This document shows positions 1 through 8,511 of a stretch of 32,000 bases of DNA, in pieces. This DNA is from Demequinaceae bacterium (GTDB lineage Bacteria > Actinomycetota > Actinomycetes > Actinomycetales > Demequinaceae). Both the position numbers and the translations under genes were made by a program. The DNA lies in contig OZ252279.1 of NCBI GenBank assembly GCA_965250005.1, positions 1,260,001 through 1,292,000 of the forward strand, read 5' to 3'. The notes under the pieces are model-generated. The model did not search any database. It was given only the letters and a program-made list of their open reading frames with translations, and had not been told where the DNA came from. Position 1 is the first letter of the stretch; each line of letters starts with the position of its first letter.

Positions 1-490
1 GGAAACCGGACGTCGTGTCAGTCAGGCGCGTTCCGGCCGTGCGGCTAAGCACCACAGCGAGCAACCGCATGGCCCACCAGCGTGGCCCACGAACATGGTA
101 CTCGCCTTCTCCCGCGAACCGAGCGCCGATGACCACGTCGGCCGAATCAAGCCCCTCCAACAACGCAGGGACGCCCGCAGGGTCGTGCTGGCCGTCCGCG
201 TCGACTTGGACGGCAACGTCATAGTTCTTCGCGAGGGCGTACTTGAAGCCCACACGCATGGCACCGCCAACGCCGAGGTTGTATGGCAACGACGCCACAA
301 GCGCGCCGGCGCTGCGTGCCACGCCCGCCGTGTCGTCACTCGATCCATCGTCCACGACGAGCACTCCAGCGCGCGGTAGTTCGGCGCGGACCTCACGAAC
401 AACGGCGCCGACAGAGGCGGCTTCGTTGAACGCGGGAATCACGACCAGCAGGCCCTCACTGGCGGTCGACGCGCTTCGACTTGAGCTCAT
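1..490 (-). CDS. Glycosyltransferase family 2 (DPM1/polyprenyl-phosphate mannosyltransferase-like), C-terminus outside window
   Basis: Reverse-strand reading from ATG at 490: MSSSRSASTASEGLLVVIPAFNEAASVGAVVREVRAELPRAGVLVVDDGSSDDTAG...VQVDADGQHDP...; classic GT2 motifs (VIPAFNE, VVDDGSSDDT, DADGQHDP). Not listed in the ORF track because it runs off the edge. Confidence 0.93.
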   Translation of the reverse strand, partial: MSSSRSASTASEGLLVVIPAFNEAASVGAVVREVRAELPRAGVLVVDDGSSDDTAGVARSAGALVASLPYNLGVGGAMRVGFKYALAKNYDVAVQVDADGQHDPAGVPALLEGLDSADVVIGARFAGEGEYHVRGPRWWAMRLLAVVLSRTAGTRLTDTTSGF

Positions 491-576
491 GACTCAGAAT
501 TCTAGTGGTGCCGCCCCCGTGGCGAAGGCCAACGAATATACTGGGCGCGTTCGAAAAAGGGGGGGGGAGCCATCAA

Positions 577-1665
577 ATGACGCAGGTCGCGTTGACTGGG
601 GATGGCGGATTCCTTCAGTGGCACACGCGGTGCTCCGCGCTTGCCTCGGGGCTCGACACGACAGCCACTTCCTTTGGAGAAGATTTCACAGAGTCGCGCG
701 CGCTCAGCGCGATCGCCGGCGCATCAAGGCTGGTTCACATCGCCGGAGTTGACCAAACCGCAGGTGAGGCGGAGCGCGGCCCGGCCACCTTGCTCGCGGC
801 TCTGGTCGGGAGCGCATTGGAGCACTCCGAGAACCCCCCGCCCCTTGTCGTCTTCGCTCGGTCCGTGAATGCTGACGGCCACTCAGTACTCGGTGCTACC
901 GCGGACGACGCCGCCGCCATCCTGTCCGCTGCGGCGGACCGCTCGGGCGCAGGCTTTGTCGATGTTCCGCTGCCCAACGTGTTCGGCGAACACGGCACAC
1001 CCACCTCCGACTCGATGGTTTCCGCCCTCTGCCACCAGTTGGCGACCGGTGGCGATCCCAAGTTCAAGGTTGATCGAGAAATCACCTTGCTTCACGCCCA
1101 GGACGCAGCAGATGTACTGCTGGGCAACACCGCGACGCCAGATCCGTTTGAGACGCGCACAACAACCTTCGAAGTCTTAACTTTGCTTTCGGAAACTGCT
1201 GACGCAATCAATGCCGGCGACATGCCAATGACGACCTCGGAGTTCTCTCGGAACCTATTCCACACCTACGCTTCACTTGCCTACGAACTGGCGCCCACCA
1301 GTGCGCTTGAGAGACACTCGGACGCGCGCGGCTCACTCGTCGAACTCGTGCGCACGCACGGCGGAGCCAGCCAAACGTCGTTCTCCTCAACAGCGCCGGG
1401 CGAGTCTCGGGCGCGCCACTTTCACCGCCGGCGCATCGAGCGAATCGTTCCACTCAGCGGCACCGCAGTGATCTCGCTGCGCAAGCTGTTCACCGACCGC
1501 ATTACTGAGATTGTTGTGGATGCCGCGAAGCCCGTCGCGGTGCACATCCCGACCATGTGGGTGCACGACATCGTGAATCGCGGCCGGGAGGACTTCCTGC
1601 TCGCCTACTGGACCGATCGCCACTTTGACTCTTCTTCCGTCGACGCCTTCCCGGCCGAGGTATAG
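577..1665 (+). CDS. capF: CapF/WbjC-like bifunctional UDP-sugar reductase/epimerase homolog (degenerate SDR domain plus C-terminal cupin)
   Basis: ORF 505..1665 with a likely start at 577 (MTQVALTGDGGF) after a GGGGGAG SD-like tract. C-terminal DARGSLVELVRTHGGASQTSFSSTAPGESRARHFHRRRIERI...DIVNRGREDFLLAYWTDRHFD matches the CapF cupin layout; genomic context with capE/capG homologs. Confidence 0.8.
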   Translation: MTQVALTGDGGFLQWHTRCSALASGLDTTATSFGEDFTESRALSAIAGASRLVHIAGVDQTAGEAERGPATLLAALVGSALEHSENPPPLVVFARSVNADGHSVLGATADDAAAILSAAADRSGAGFVDVPLPNVFGEHGTPTSDSMVSALCHQLATGGDPKFKVDREITLLHAQDAADVLLGNTATPDPFETRTTTFEVLTLLSETADAINAGDMPMTTSEFSRNLFHTYASLAYELAPTSALERHSDARGSLVELVRTHGGASQTSFSSTAPGESRARHFHRRRIERIVPLSGTAVISLRKLFTDRITEIVVDAAKPVAVHIPTMWVHDIVNRGREDFLLAYWTDRHFDSSSVDAFPAEV

Positions 1666-1674
1666 GACCACATC

Positions 1675-2859
1675 ATGCGCATTCTCTTCATTCACGAAGT
1701 GAACTATCTCAACAAGGTGATCTTCGAGATGCACGAGTTCCCGGAACTGCTCGCTCTTGCCGGTCACGAGGTTTCGTTCTTCCACTATCCCGAACGGCCT
1801 GACCGACGACGCGTGTCGCTACGCGCGCGGCACGAGCCCATTCCTGGACGGGTGCACCCGGAGGCGAGCATTCGCTTGATCACGGCGCCCACGTTTGGCG
1901 GGCATGCGATGGAGCGCTACGTCGCGCCATTGCTCGTACTGCCGACACTCTCCCGGGAAATTCACAAAGGACGGTACGACGCGATCGTGCTCTACGCCGT
2001 TCCTACCCTTGGTTGGCAGGCGGTCTCTATCGCGAAGCGAGCCGGTGTTCCCGTGCTGTTCCGCGCGCTCGATGTGTCACACAAAATCCGTGCAAGTCTC
2101 TTCGCGCCTCTCATCCGGATGGCTGAACGCTACATCTACCGCAATGCGGACTTGGTCTCGGCGAACAACCCCGCGATGGCCGAGTACTGCCGCGAGTCAT
2201 CGGGCCGCACCGGGCCCACGGTGGTCAACGTTCCTCCCGTTGATCTCTCGCACTTTTCAGGGCCGGCGGAACCAGCCATGCGCGTCGAGCTCGAGATTCC
2301 CGCGAGCGGCAAGGTCCTGCTCTACATGGGAACGTTCTTCGGATTTTGCGGGCTCGATCGAGTTGTCGAGGCAATGCCAGCCGAGCTCGCCAAGCACCCC
2401 GATCTATTCCTCGTGCTCGTCGGCGGTGGCGAGCTCGACGCGTTCCTGCGCAAGCGTGTCGCTGAACTTGGCATCGGCGACCGCGTCGTTTTCACTGGCG
2501 TCGTGCCGTATGCCAAACTACCGCGCTATCTCAAAGTCGCCGACGTCGCAATCAACCCGTTCAGGCCCGAACTACTGACCAACGTCGCCCTCCCGCACAA
2601 AATCCTCCAGTACATGGCCGCGGGCGTTCCCACGGTCTCGACGTCGCTGAGTGGAATCCGCGGCCTGCTGGGCGAGGACAGCGGGGTAACTTGGGCTGCA
2701 AGCCAAGACGCCGTCGCCGAGACCGCGGCAAGTCTCTCGCACGCAACACCGAAGCAACTTGCGTCGATCGCCTCTACGCAGGCCCGCAAGGTGACCGAGC
2801 TCTTTTCCCAGAAAGCTGCGCTCGGATCCTTCGAGGAGTCTCTGCGCGCCGTGCGCTAG
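1675..2859 (+). CDS. Glycosyltransferase family 4 (GT-B fold)
   Basis: 394 aa; N-terminal MRILFIHEVNYLNKV, GKVLLYMGTFFGFCGLDRVVEAM, KVADVAINPFRPELLTNVALPHKILQYMAAGVPTVST typical of GT4. Confidence 0.88.
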   Translation: MRILFIHEVNYLNKVIFEMHEFPELLALAGHEVSFFHYPERPDRRRVSLRARHEPIPGRVHPEASIRLITAPTFGGHAMERYVAPLLVLPTLSREIHKGRYDAIVLYAVPTLGWQAVSIAKRAGVPVLFRALDVSHKIRASLFAPLIRMAERYIYRNADLVSANNPAMAEYCRESSGRTGPTVVNVPPVDLSHFSGPAEPAMRVELEIPASGKVLLYMGTFFGFCGLDRVVEAMPAELAKHPDLFLVLVGGGELDAFLRKRVAELGIGDRVVFTGVVPYAKLPRYLKVADVAINPFRPELLTNVALPHKILQYMAAGVPTVSTSLSGIRGLLGEDSGVTWAASQDAVAETAASLSHATPKQLASIASTQARKVTELFSQKAALGSFEESLRAVR

Positions 2860-2869
2860 CATTACCGAC

Positions 2870-3781
2870 ATGGCGAATCCGACGTTGGTGCTGGGCGGAA
2901 CCGGCATGGTTGGGCAGGCAGTTGTCAAGCAATTTGCGAAGTCGGGCCGTGGATTTCGCGCGACCACTCGCCATCTCGACCTAGTCTCCGCCGCGCAACG
3001 CGACAGTTTCGTCTCCTTTGATTCGGCCACCGACGACCCCGCGGCGATGGTACGAGGCTTCGGCCCCGAGGACGCAGTCGTAAACTGCGCCGCTCTCATC
3101 AAAACGCACATCGTCGACACGGATATCGCTTCTCGGAGAGCGGCTGTCGCCGCAAATATCCTTGTTCAGCACGACTTTGCGGCTCTTGCAGAAACGCAAG
3201 GATTTCGCATCATCAATCTGACCACCGACTGCGTATTTGCGGGCACCCGAGGCGGCTACTTGGAGACGGATCTGCACAACGCTGAGGACGTCTACGGCAG
3301 ATCAAAGAGCCTCGGAGAAGTTCCCGGCAAGACAATCCTCAACCTACGCACTTCAGTGATTGGGCCGGAAATCCGCGGATTTGGCTCACTGCTGCAATGG
3401 GTTCTCGGGCACGAAGCCGGGGCAACTATTAGCGGGTTCGCGGATCACTGGTGGAATGGCGTGACGACACCCGCACTCGCGCGCGTTATTGACGCGATTC
3501 TCGCCCATAGCCCCACCCTCGCAGGGACGGTTCACCTCGTGCCAGCAGACACCGCGAACAAGCACGAGCTTGCGAAGATGATCCTCGCCGCGTTCGAACG
3601 GGGGGACGTATCAGTCATCTCCACCGAGACGGGCGCGAACTTGGATCGCACTCTCGGAACGGTTGACGCCGCCCGCAACGCCGAGCTCTGGGTGAACGCG
3701 GGATACGCCGAGCCGCCCACAATCGCCCAGATGGTGAATGAACTAAACTCCGCAACAAACGAAACGGAGCCAAGTACGTGA
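2870..3781 (+). CDS. NAD(P)-dependent SDR, dTDP-4-dehydrorhamnose reductase (RmlD)-like
   Basis: 303 aa; GGTGMVGQAV nucleotide-binding motif, TTDCVFAGTRGGYLE, YGRSK catalytic motif. Confidence 0.83.
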   Translation: MANPTLVLGGTGMVGQAVVKQFAKSGRGFRATTRHLDLVSAAQRDSFVSFDSATDDPAAMVRGFGPEDAVVNCAALIKTHIVDTDIASRRAAVAANILVQHDFAALAETQGFRIINLTTDCVFAGTRGGYLETDLHNAEDVYGRSKSLGEVPGKTILNLRTSVIGPEIRGFGSLLQWVLGHEAGATISGFADHWWNGVTTPALARVIDAILAHSPTLAGTVHLVPADTANKHELAKMILAAFERGDVSVISTETGANLDRTLGTVDAARNAELWVNAGYAEPPTIAQMVNELNSATNETEPST

Positions 3782-4809
3782 CCAAACAGGCAATTGAGGG
3801 TGCGGTCGCAACGATCACCGGCGGCACCGGTTCCTTTGGCTCAACCATGGCACAACGGCTCCTAGACAAGGGGGCCGCGGAAGTACGGATCTTTAGCCGC
3901 GATGAGTCCAAGCAGGACGCGATGCGCCGCCGGCTCCAAGACGGCCGCTTGCGGTTCATCATCGGCGATGTGCGAGATGAAGCGTCTGTGCGGCGTGCCG
4001 TTCGGGGCGCTCAACTGGTCTTCCACGCGGCAGCGCTCAAACAAGTCCCGTCATGTGAGTTCTTTCCTATGGAGGCGGTGGCAACCAACGTGACTGGAAG
4101 CTCGAATGTGCTACGCGCGTCACTCGATGCGCAAGTAAGGTCCGTCGTGTGTTTGAGCACCGACAAAGCTGTCTATCCCATCAATGCGATGGGCATGACC
4201 AAGGCGCTCATGGAGAAAACCGCAATGGCGTTCGCGCGTGACAACCAGGACTCCGACACGGTCATTTCCATCACGCGCTACGGAAACGTGATGTACTCGC
4301 GCGGCTCCGTTATTCCGCTGTTTCTCGAACAGCTGAGGTCCGGCAAACCGCTCACGATCACCGACCCCAACATGACCCGATTCCTCATGTCACTGGCCGA
4401 GTCCGTCGCGCTTGTCGAGTACGCGTTCACCGAGGCCACCACCGGGGACCTGTTTGTTCGCAAGGCGCCTGCCAGCACTGTCGGCACTCTTCTCCGCGCC
4501 GTTGCCGAGGTCGCCGACGTTACAGACCCGGACGTCAACGTGATCGGCGTGCGGCACGGCGAAAAGCTCTATGAATCGCTGCTGGGAGCCGAGGAAGCTG
4601 CGCATGCCGAAGATCGCGGCGACTACTTCCGGGTTCCACTGGACACGCGCGGGCTCGACTACCGCCCGTACTTTGACGAGGGCGAAGCGCGCCCCGAGTC
4701 TCCAGACGCATACACCTCGCACAACACCACCCAATTGGATGTGGAAGGAACGGTTGCTTTGTTGCGCAAGCTCCCGGAGATCGCGGCGCTCGACGAAAAA
4801 GGCGAGTAG
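3778..4809 (+). CDS. capE: CapE/WbjB/FnlA-like UDP-GlcNAc 4,6-dehydratase/5-epimerase
   Basis: 343 aa; GGTGSFGSTM, STDKAVYPINAMGMTKALMEK, RYGNVMYSRGSVIPLFLEQ, GEKLYESLL; GTG start overlaps the upstream stop by 4 nt (GTGA). Confidence 0.9.
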   Translation: MTKQAIEGAVATITGGTGSFGSTMAQRLLDKGAAEVRIFSRDESKQDAMRRRLQDGRLRFIIGDVRDEASVRRAVRGAQLVFHAAALKQVPSCEFFPMEAVATNVTGSSNVLRASLDAQVRSVVCLSTDKAVYPINAMGMTKALMEKTAMAFARDNQDSDTVISITRYGNVMYSRGSVIPLFLEQLRSGKPLTITDPNMTRFLMSLAESVALVEYAFTEATTGDLFVRKAPASTVGTLLRAVAEVADVTDPDVNVIGVRHGEKLYESLLGAEEAAHAEDRGDYFRVPLDTRGLDYRPYFDEGEARPESPDAYTSHNTTQLDVEGTVALLRKLPEIAALDEKGE

Positions 4810-4812
4810 CAC

Positions 4813-5937
4813 ATGGCGCGCCCTGTCATCGTCGCGGTTGTCGGGACCCGACCGGAACTGATCCGCCTCTCCCGGGTAATTGCAAGGCTCGACGAAGTCG
4901 CAAGCCTAGTGTTAGTGCACACTGGCCAGAACTACGATCACCAGCTCAACCAGGTCTTCTTCGACGAACTCGAGATCCGGAAACCCGACCACTTCCTAAA
5001 CGTCGACACTTCAAGTTTGGGCTCGGTTCTCGGGGACACGCTCAGGAAGATCGAGCCGATCCTCGCGTCCGTGAACGCGCAGGCACTACTTGTACTCGGA
5101 GACACCAACAGCGCCATCGCGGCGCTTATGGCCAAACGAATGGCCGTCCCAGTGTATCACATGGAGGCGGGAAACAGGTCGTTCGACGAGAACGTACCGG
5201 AGGAGACCAACCGCAGGCTGGTCGACCACATCTCAGACTTCAACCTCGCGTACACCGAGCACGGGCGCCGCAATCTACTTGCCGAGGGGCTGCACCCCCG
5301 CAGGATCACGGTGACGGGCTCACCCATGCGAGAGGTTCTCGACTACTACAGCGAGGGCATCGCCAGTTCCGACGTGCTGGACCGGCTCGAGGTGAGTCCC
5401 GGCAAGTACTTCCTAGCGAGCGCTCACCGCCAGGAGAACGTCGACTCGCCGGATCGCCTCGCCAACCTGGTCGACGCGCTCGTGGGTGTGCGCGAGAAGT
5501 GGAAGCTCCCGGTTCTTGTCTCGACCCACCCCCGCACCCGCCGCCGGCTCGAGGAGGTCCACGGTTTCGCCAACGCTGACGGAGTCCTCTTCCACGAGCC
5601 GTTCGGATTCCTCGACTACTGCAAGCTCCAGCTCAACGCCAAGTGCGTTCTGTCCGACAGCGGCACCATCAGCGAAGAGTCGGCAATCCTCGGCTTCCCC
5701 GCGATCACTTTGCGCGATTCGATGGAGCGCCCCGAGGCGATGGATACCGGCTCGATGATCATGACCGGCCTGCATAGGGAGAACGTGATCGAGGGAATCG
5801 AGGAGGCCACGTCCACGTACGCGACCGAACTCAGCATCCCCGCGGGCTACACGGAGACGGACACATCCCGACGGGTAGTGCGGTTCATGATGTCTACGCT
5901 CGCCCGTCACCATGAGTGGGCAGGGATCCGCCGCTAG
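4813..5937 (+). CDS. capG: Non-hydrolysing UDP-GlcNAc 2-epimerase family (CapG/WbjD/WecB-like)
   Basis: 374 aa; VVGTRPELI, HTGQNYD, VLGDTNSAIAA, YHMEAGNRSFDENVPEETNRR, SAHRQENVD, SDSGTISEESAILGFPAITLRDSMERPEA. Confidence 0.92.
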   Translation: MARPVIVAVVGTRPELIRLSRVIARLDEVASLVLVHTGQNYDHQLNQVFFDELEIRKPDHFLNVDTSSLGSVLGDTLRKIEPILASVNAQALLVLGDTNSAIAALMAKRMAVPVYHMEAGNRSFDENVPEETNRRLVDHISDFNLAYTEHGRRNLLAEGLHPRRITVTGSPMREVLDYYSEGIASSDVLDRLEVSPGKYFLASAHRQENVDSPDRLANLVDALVGVREKWKLPVLVSTHPRTRRRLEEVHGFANADGVLFHEPFGFLDYCKLQLNAKCVLSDSGTISEESAILGFPAITLRDSMERPEAMDTGSMIMTGLHRENVIEGIEEATSTYATELSIPAGYTETDTSRRVVRFMMSTLARHHEWAGIRR

Positions 5938-5979
5938 CCCTCACGAATGCGCGGGCGTCCCCAGACTGCCCTCCTCGGC

Positions 5980-7188
5980 CTACTTCGCAGTGGGGGCGGT
6001 CGGCTCTGTCGCCGTCGATGGCACTTGCCACGCCCAATGTCGTTTGAGGCGTGGAAGGCGGTCTCCCCTTGACTTGATCACCGCGCCCGCAACCAACAGC
6101 AAGAACGCGAGTCCTGGCATTTCGTAGCGGAAGCTCACCGGAATCGTACTCAACCCATTGATGATTCCGCCCGCCGCCATGGCGCCAAGGAAGAGGTGTG
6201 CCTCAATGCGCTTGATGAGCAGGAGCGCGCCGAGCCATGCGATGCCTAGGAGGATCAGGAAGGCTTGGTCCCACCTTGCGAATCGTTGAAGGTCGCGCAG
6301 AATCACGGACCCCAACGCCCTGAGGAAAGCAACCGGGTAGCCGCCCCAGGACTCCGAGCCGCCGGTGTGGTGGTCAAAACTGGAAAGCAGTTCGTCGGTG
6401 CCGCCGTCAGTTGACTGTGCCGCGCGCGCCGCGAGCGTGGTCACGACCGCAGCGAGCGCGAATGGGGCCCATCGATTCCTCAACTTCCGTGTGTGCCACC
6501 AGTACCCGATCCAAGCGAATACGACCGCTCCGGTCGGGATTAGGCTTGCCTGTCGCGTGTACGCCAGCGCGACAAGGAGCACAACCATCGCCGCCACTGC
6601 CACCCACGACCGATCATTCCAGATTGGCAGCGTCAACATGACTCCAACGCCGAGGGCCGCCGCCAGCCCTTCGGTCAGCATCGCAGTGGAGAAGAACATC
6701 ATGTAATAGCCCGAGATGTACAAGCCAACGACCAAGAGCGCCGGGATTCGTCCGTAGCGCTTCGCAATGACTCCGAACATTGTGAGCACCAGGAAGAGCG
6801 TGGACACAACCGGAATCACGAGCATTCCAGACATGCCCATGAACTTGACGAAGGGCGCGGAGAGCGCGGGATAGAGCACACGCGAGTCCACAATGGAGTT
6901 GTTGAAGAGTGAGTCCACGGAAAGCATGCCAGACGTAGAGGCTGCGACGGAGTCCGCGATGGCGTCCCTCGCCTCCTCCTGACTGAGGCCGCTGAAGTGA
7001 TGTGCCATCGCCCCGTAGAAGCGACTATCGGGCGCGAACTGGGGGTACGTCGCGTAGGTGTGGAGAATGAATAGCGTCGTGGCGACCACCAGCGCCGCCC
7101 AAAGCCACCATGGGGCGATTGCAAGCAGGGCGCCCGTGAGCTGGTGCAGTCGAGACGCGCCCGCGGACCGTAGGCGCTTCATCGTCAA
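5980..7188 (-). CDS. Multi-pass integral membrane protein, possible GT-C-like envelope enzyme
   Basis: 402 aa with many hydrophobic helices; DSRFYGAMAHHFSG segment; GT-C assignment is inference only. Confidence 0.6.
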   Translation of the reverse strand: MTMKRLRSAGASRLHQLTGALLAIAPWWLWAALVVATTLFILHTYATYPQFAPDSRFYGAMAHHFSGLSQEEARDAIADSVAASTSGMLSVDSLFNNSIVDSRVLYPALSAPFVKFMGMSGMLVIPVVSTLFLVLTMFGVIAKRYGRIPALLVVGLYISGYYMMFFSTAMLTEGLAAALGVGVMLTLPIWNDRSWVAVAAMVVLLVALAYTRQASLIPTGAVVFAWIGYWWHTRKLRNRWAPFALAAVVTTLAARAAQSTDGGTDELLSSFDHHTGGSESWGGYPVAFLRALGSVILRDLQRFARWDQAFLILLGIAWLGALLLIKRIEAHLFLGAMAAGGIINGLSTIPVSFRYEMPGLAFLLLVAGAVIKSRGDRLPRLKRHWAWQVPSTATEPTAPTAK

Positions 7189-7326
7189 GATTCTCCAAGT
7201 CGCGGTCCGGAAAGGCTCTTGAAGATATCACGGAGCCCGGATGCGGTCTCGGCAACGACGCGGCGGCACATTCGGCAACGAAGCGTTGCCATACTCGACT
7301 CCCGACGCTCGCTAGACTGGTCCAAA

Positions 7327-7428
7327 CGACAGGGGAGCGTCCCTCTTGGAAACTCGAGATTGACGCTGAGAGTGCGGGAAGCCGCAGACCCTCGAACCTG
7401 ATCCGGCTCACACCGGCGTAGGGAGTCG
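7327..7428 (+). promoter_or_regulatory. TPP riboswitch (THI element) aptamer
   Basis: Conserved CTGAGA (7366-7371), ACCTGATCCGGCTCACACCGGCGTAGGGA, P1 pairing CGAC(7327-7330)/GTCG(7425-7428), P2 AGCGT/ACGCT; lies directly upstream of a thiamine-type ABC transporter. Confidence 0.95.
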
Positions 7429-7461
7429 AGACTCGTCCCCTCCTATCAAGGAGGACACATC

Positions 7462-8505
7462 ATGCGGAAGACAATCCGCACACTCACCATCACCGCTCTT
7501 GCGGCATCAGCTGCGACCATGTCGGCGTGCACGCCGGATACGACAGACACCGCGTCGACTACCGTCACCGTCGTCACCCACGACTCGTTCGATGTTTCAG
7601 CATCGGTGCTCGCAGCATTCGAGGCGGAGTCCGGTCTAAACGTCGTCTTCACGGCGCCCGGTGACTCGGGCACACTAGTGAACCAGTTGGTGCTCACCAA
7701 GGACAGTCCACTCGGCGACGTGGTCTACGGGATCGACAACACGTACGCATCGCGGGCGGTCGAGGCAGGAGTGATCGCCCCCTACGAACCCACATCCCCC
7801 GCAGTCGCGGATGGCGCCCCGTACGCCTTTGTTGGGACCGAGGGATTGACGGCAGTGGATTTCTCGGACGTGTGCGTGAACGCCGACGTCGCATGGTTTG
7901 CCGAGCGGGATCTCGCGATTCCCCAGACGCTCGACGATCTCGCAGCGCCCGAATACGCGGGGCTCCTCTCGGTCCCCAACCCCGCGACGTCATCGCCGGG
8001 ACTCGCCTTTTTGCTTGCCACGGTGGCCGCCAAAGGGGACGAATGGCCCGAATACTGGCAGGCCCTCGTCGCGAATGATGTGCGGATAACGGCATCCTGG
8101 TCGGACTCCTACTTCGTCGATTTTTCAGCACCAAACTACGGAGGCGACTACCCGCTGGTTCTGAGTTACGCCTCGTCCCCGCCGTTTGAGGCTGTCGATG
8201 GCGTCTCGCCCACGACCGCCATCCTCGGTACGTGCTTCAGGCAAGTCGAGTACGTCGGGCTCGTGCGCGGCGGAGACAACCCCGCAGGTGGCCAAGCCGT
8301 GATCGAGTGGATGCTCTCCGACGCGTTCCAGAACGGGGTCGCGACGTCCATGTACGTGTATCCGATTTCAAGCGCGGTCTCGGTGCCCGATGACTGGGCG
8401 AAGCTGGCACCGCTGAGTCAAGCCCCGTGGACGCTCGACCCCGCCATCATCGCTCAGAATCGCACAGCGTATCTCGCTGAGTGGACGTCACTCGTTATCG
8501 ACTAG
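7462..8505 (+). CDS. thiB: Thiamine ABC transporter substrate-binding lipoprotein
   Basis: 347 aa; signal peptide with lipobox (TMSAC), VTVVTHDSFDVSASVLAAFEAESG, DVVYGIDNTYASRA; TPP riboswitch upstream. Confidence 0.9.
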   Translation: MRKTIRTLTITALAASAATMSACTPDTTDTASTTVTVVTHDSFDVSASVLAAFEAESGLNVVFTAPGDSGTLVNQLVLTKDSPLGDVVYGIDNTYASRAVEAGVIAPYEPTSPAVADGAPYAFVGTEGLTAVDFSDVCVNADVAWFAERDLAIPQTLDDLAAPEYAGLLSVPNPATSSPGLAFLLATVAAKGDEWPEYWQALVANDVRITASWSDSYFVDFSAPNYGGDYPLVLSYASSPPFEAVDGVSPTTAILGTCFRQVEYVGLVRGGDNPAGGQAVIEWMLSDAFQNGVATSMYVYPISSAVSVPDDWAKLAPLSQAPWTLDPAIIAQNRTAYLAEWTSLVID

Positions 8506-8511
8506 CCGCCG

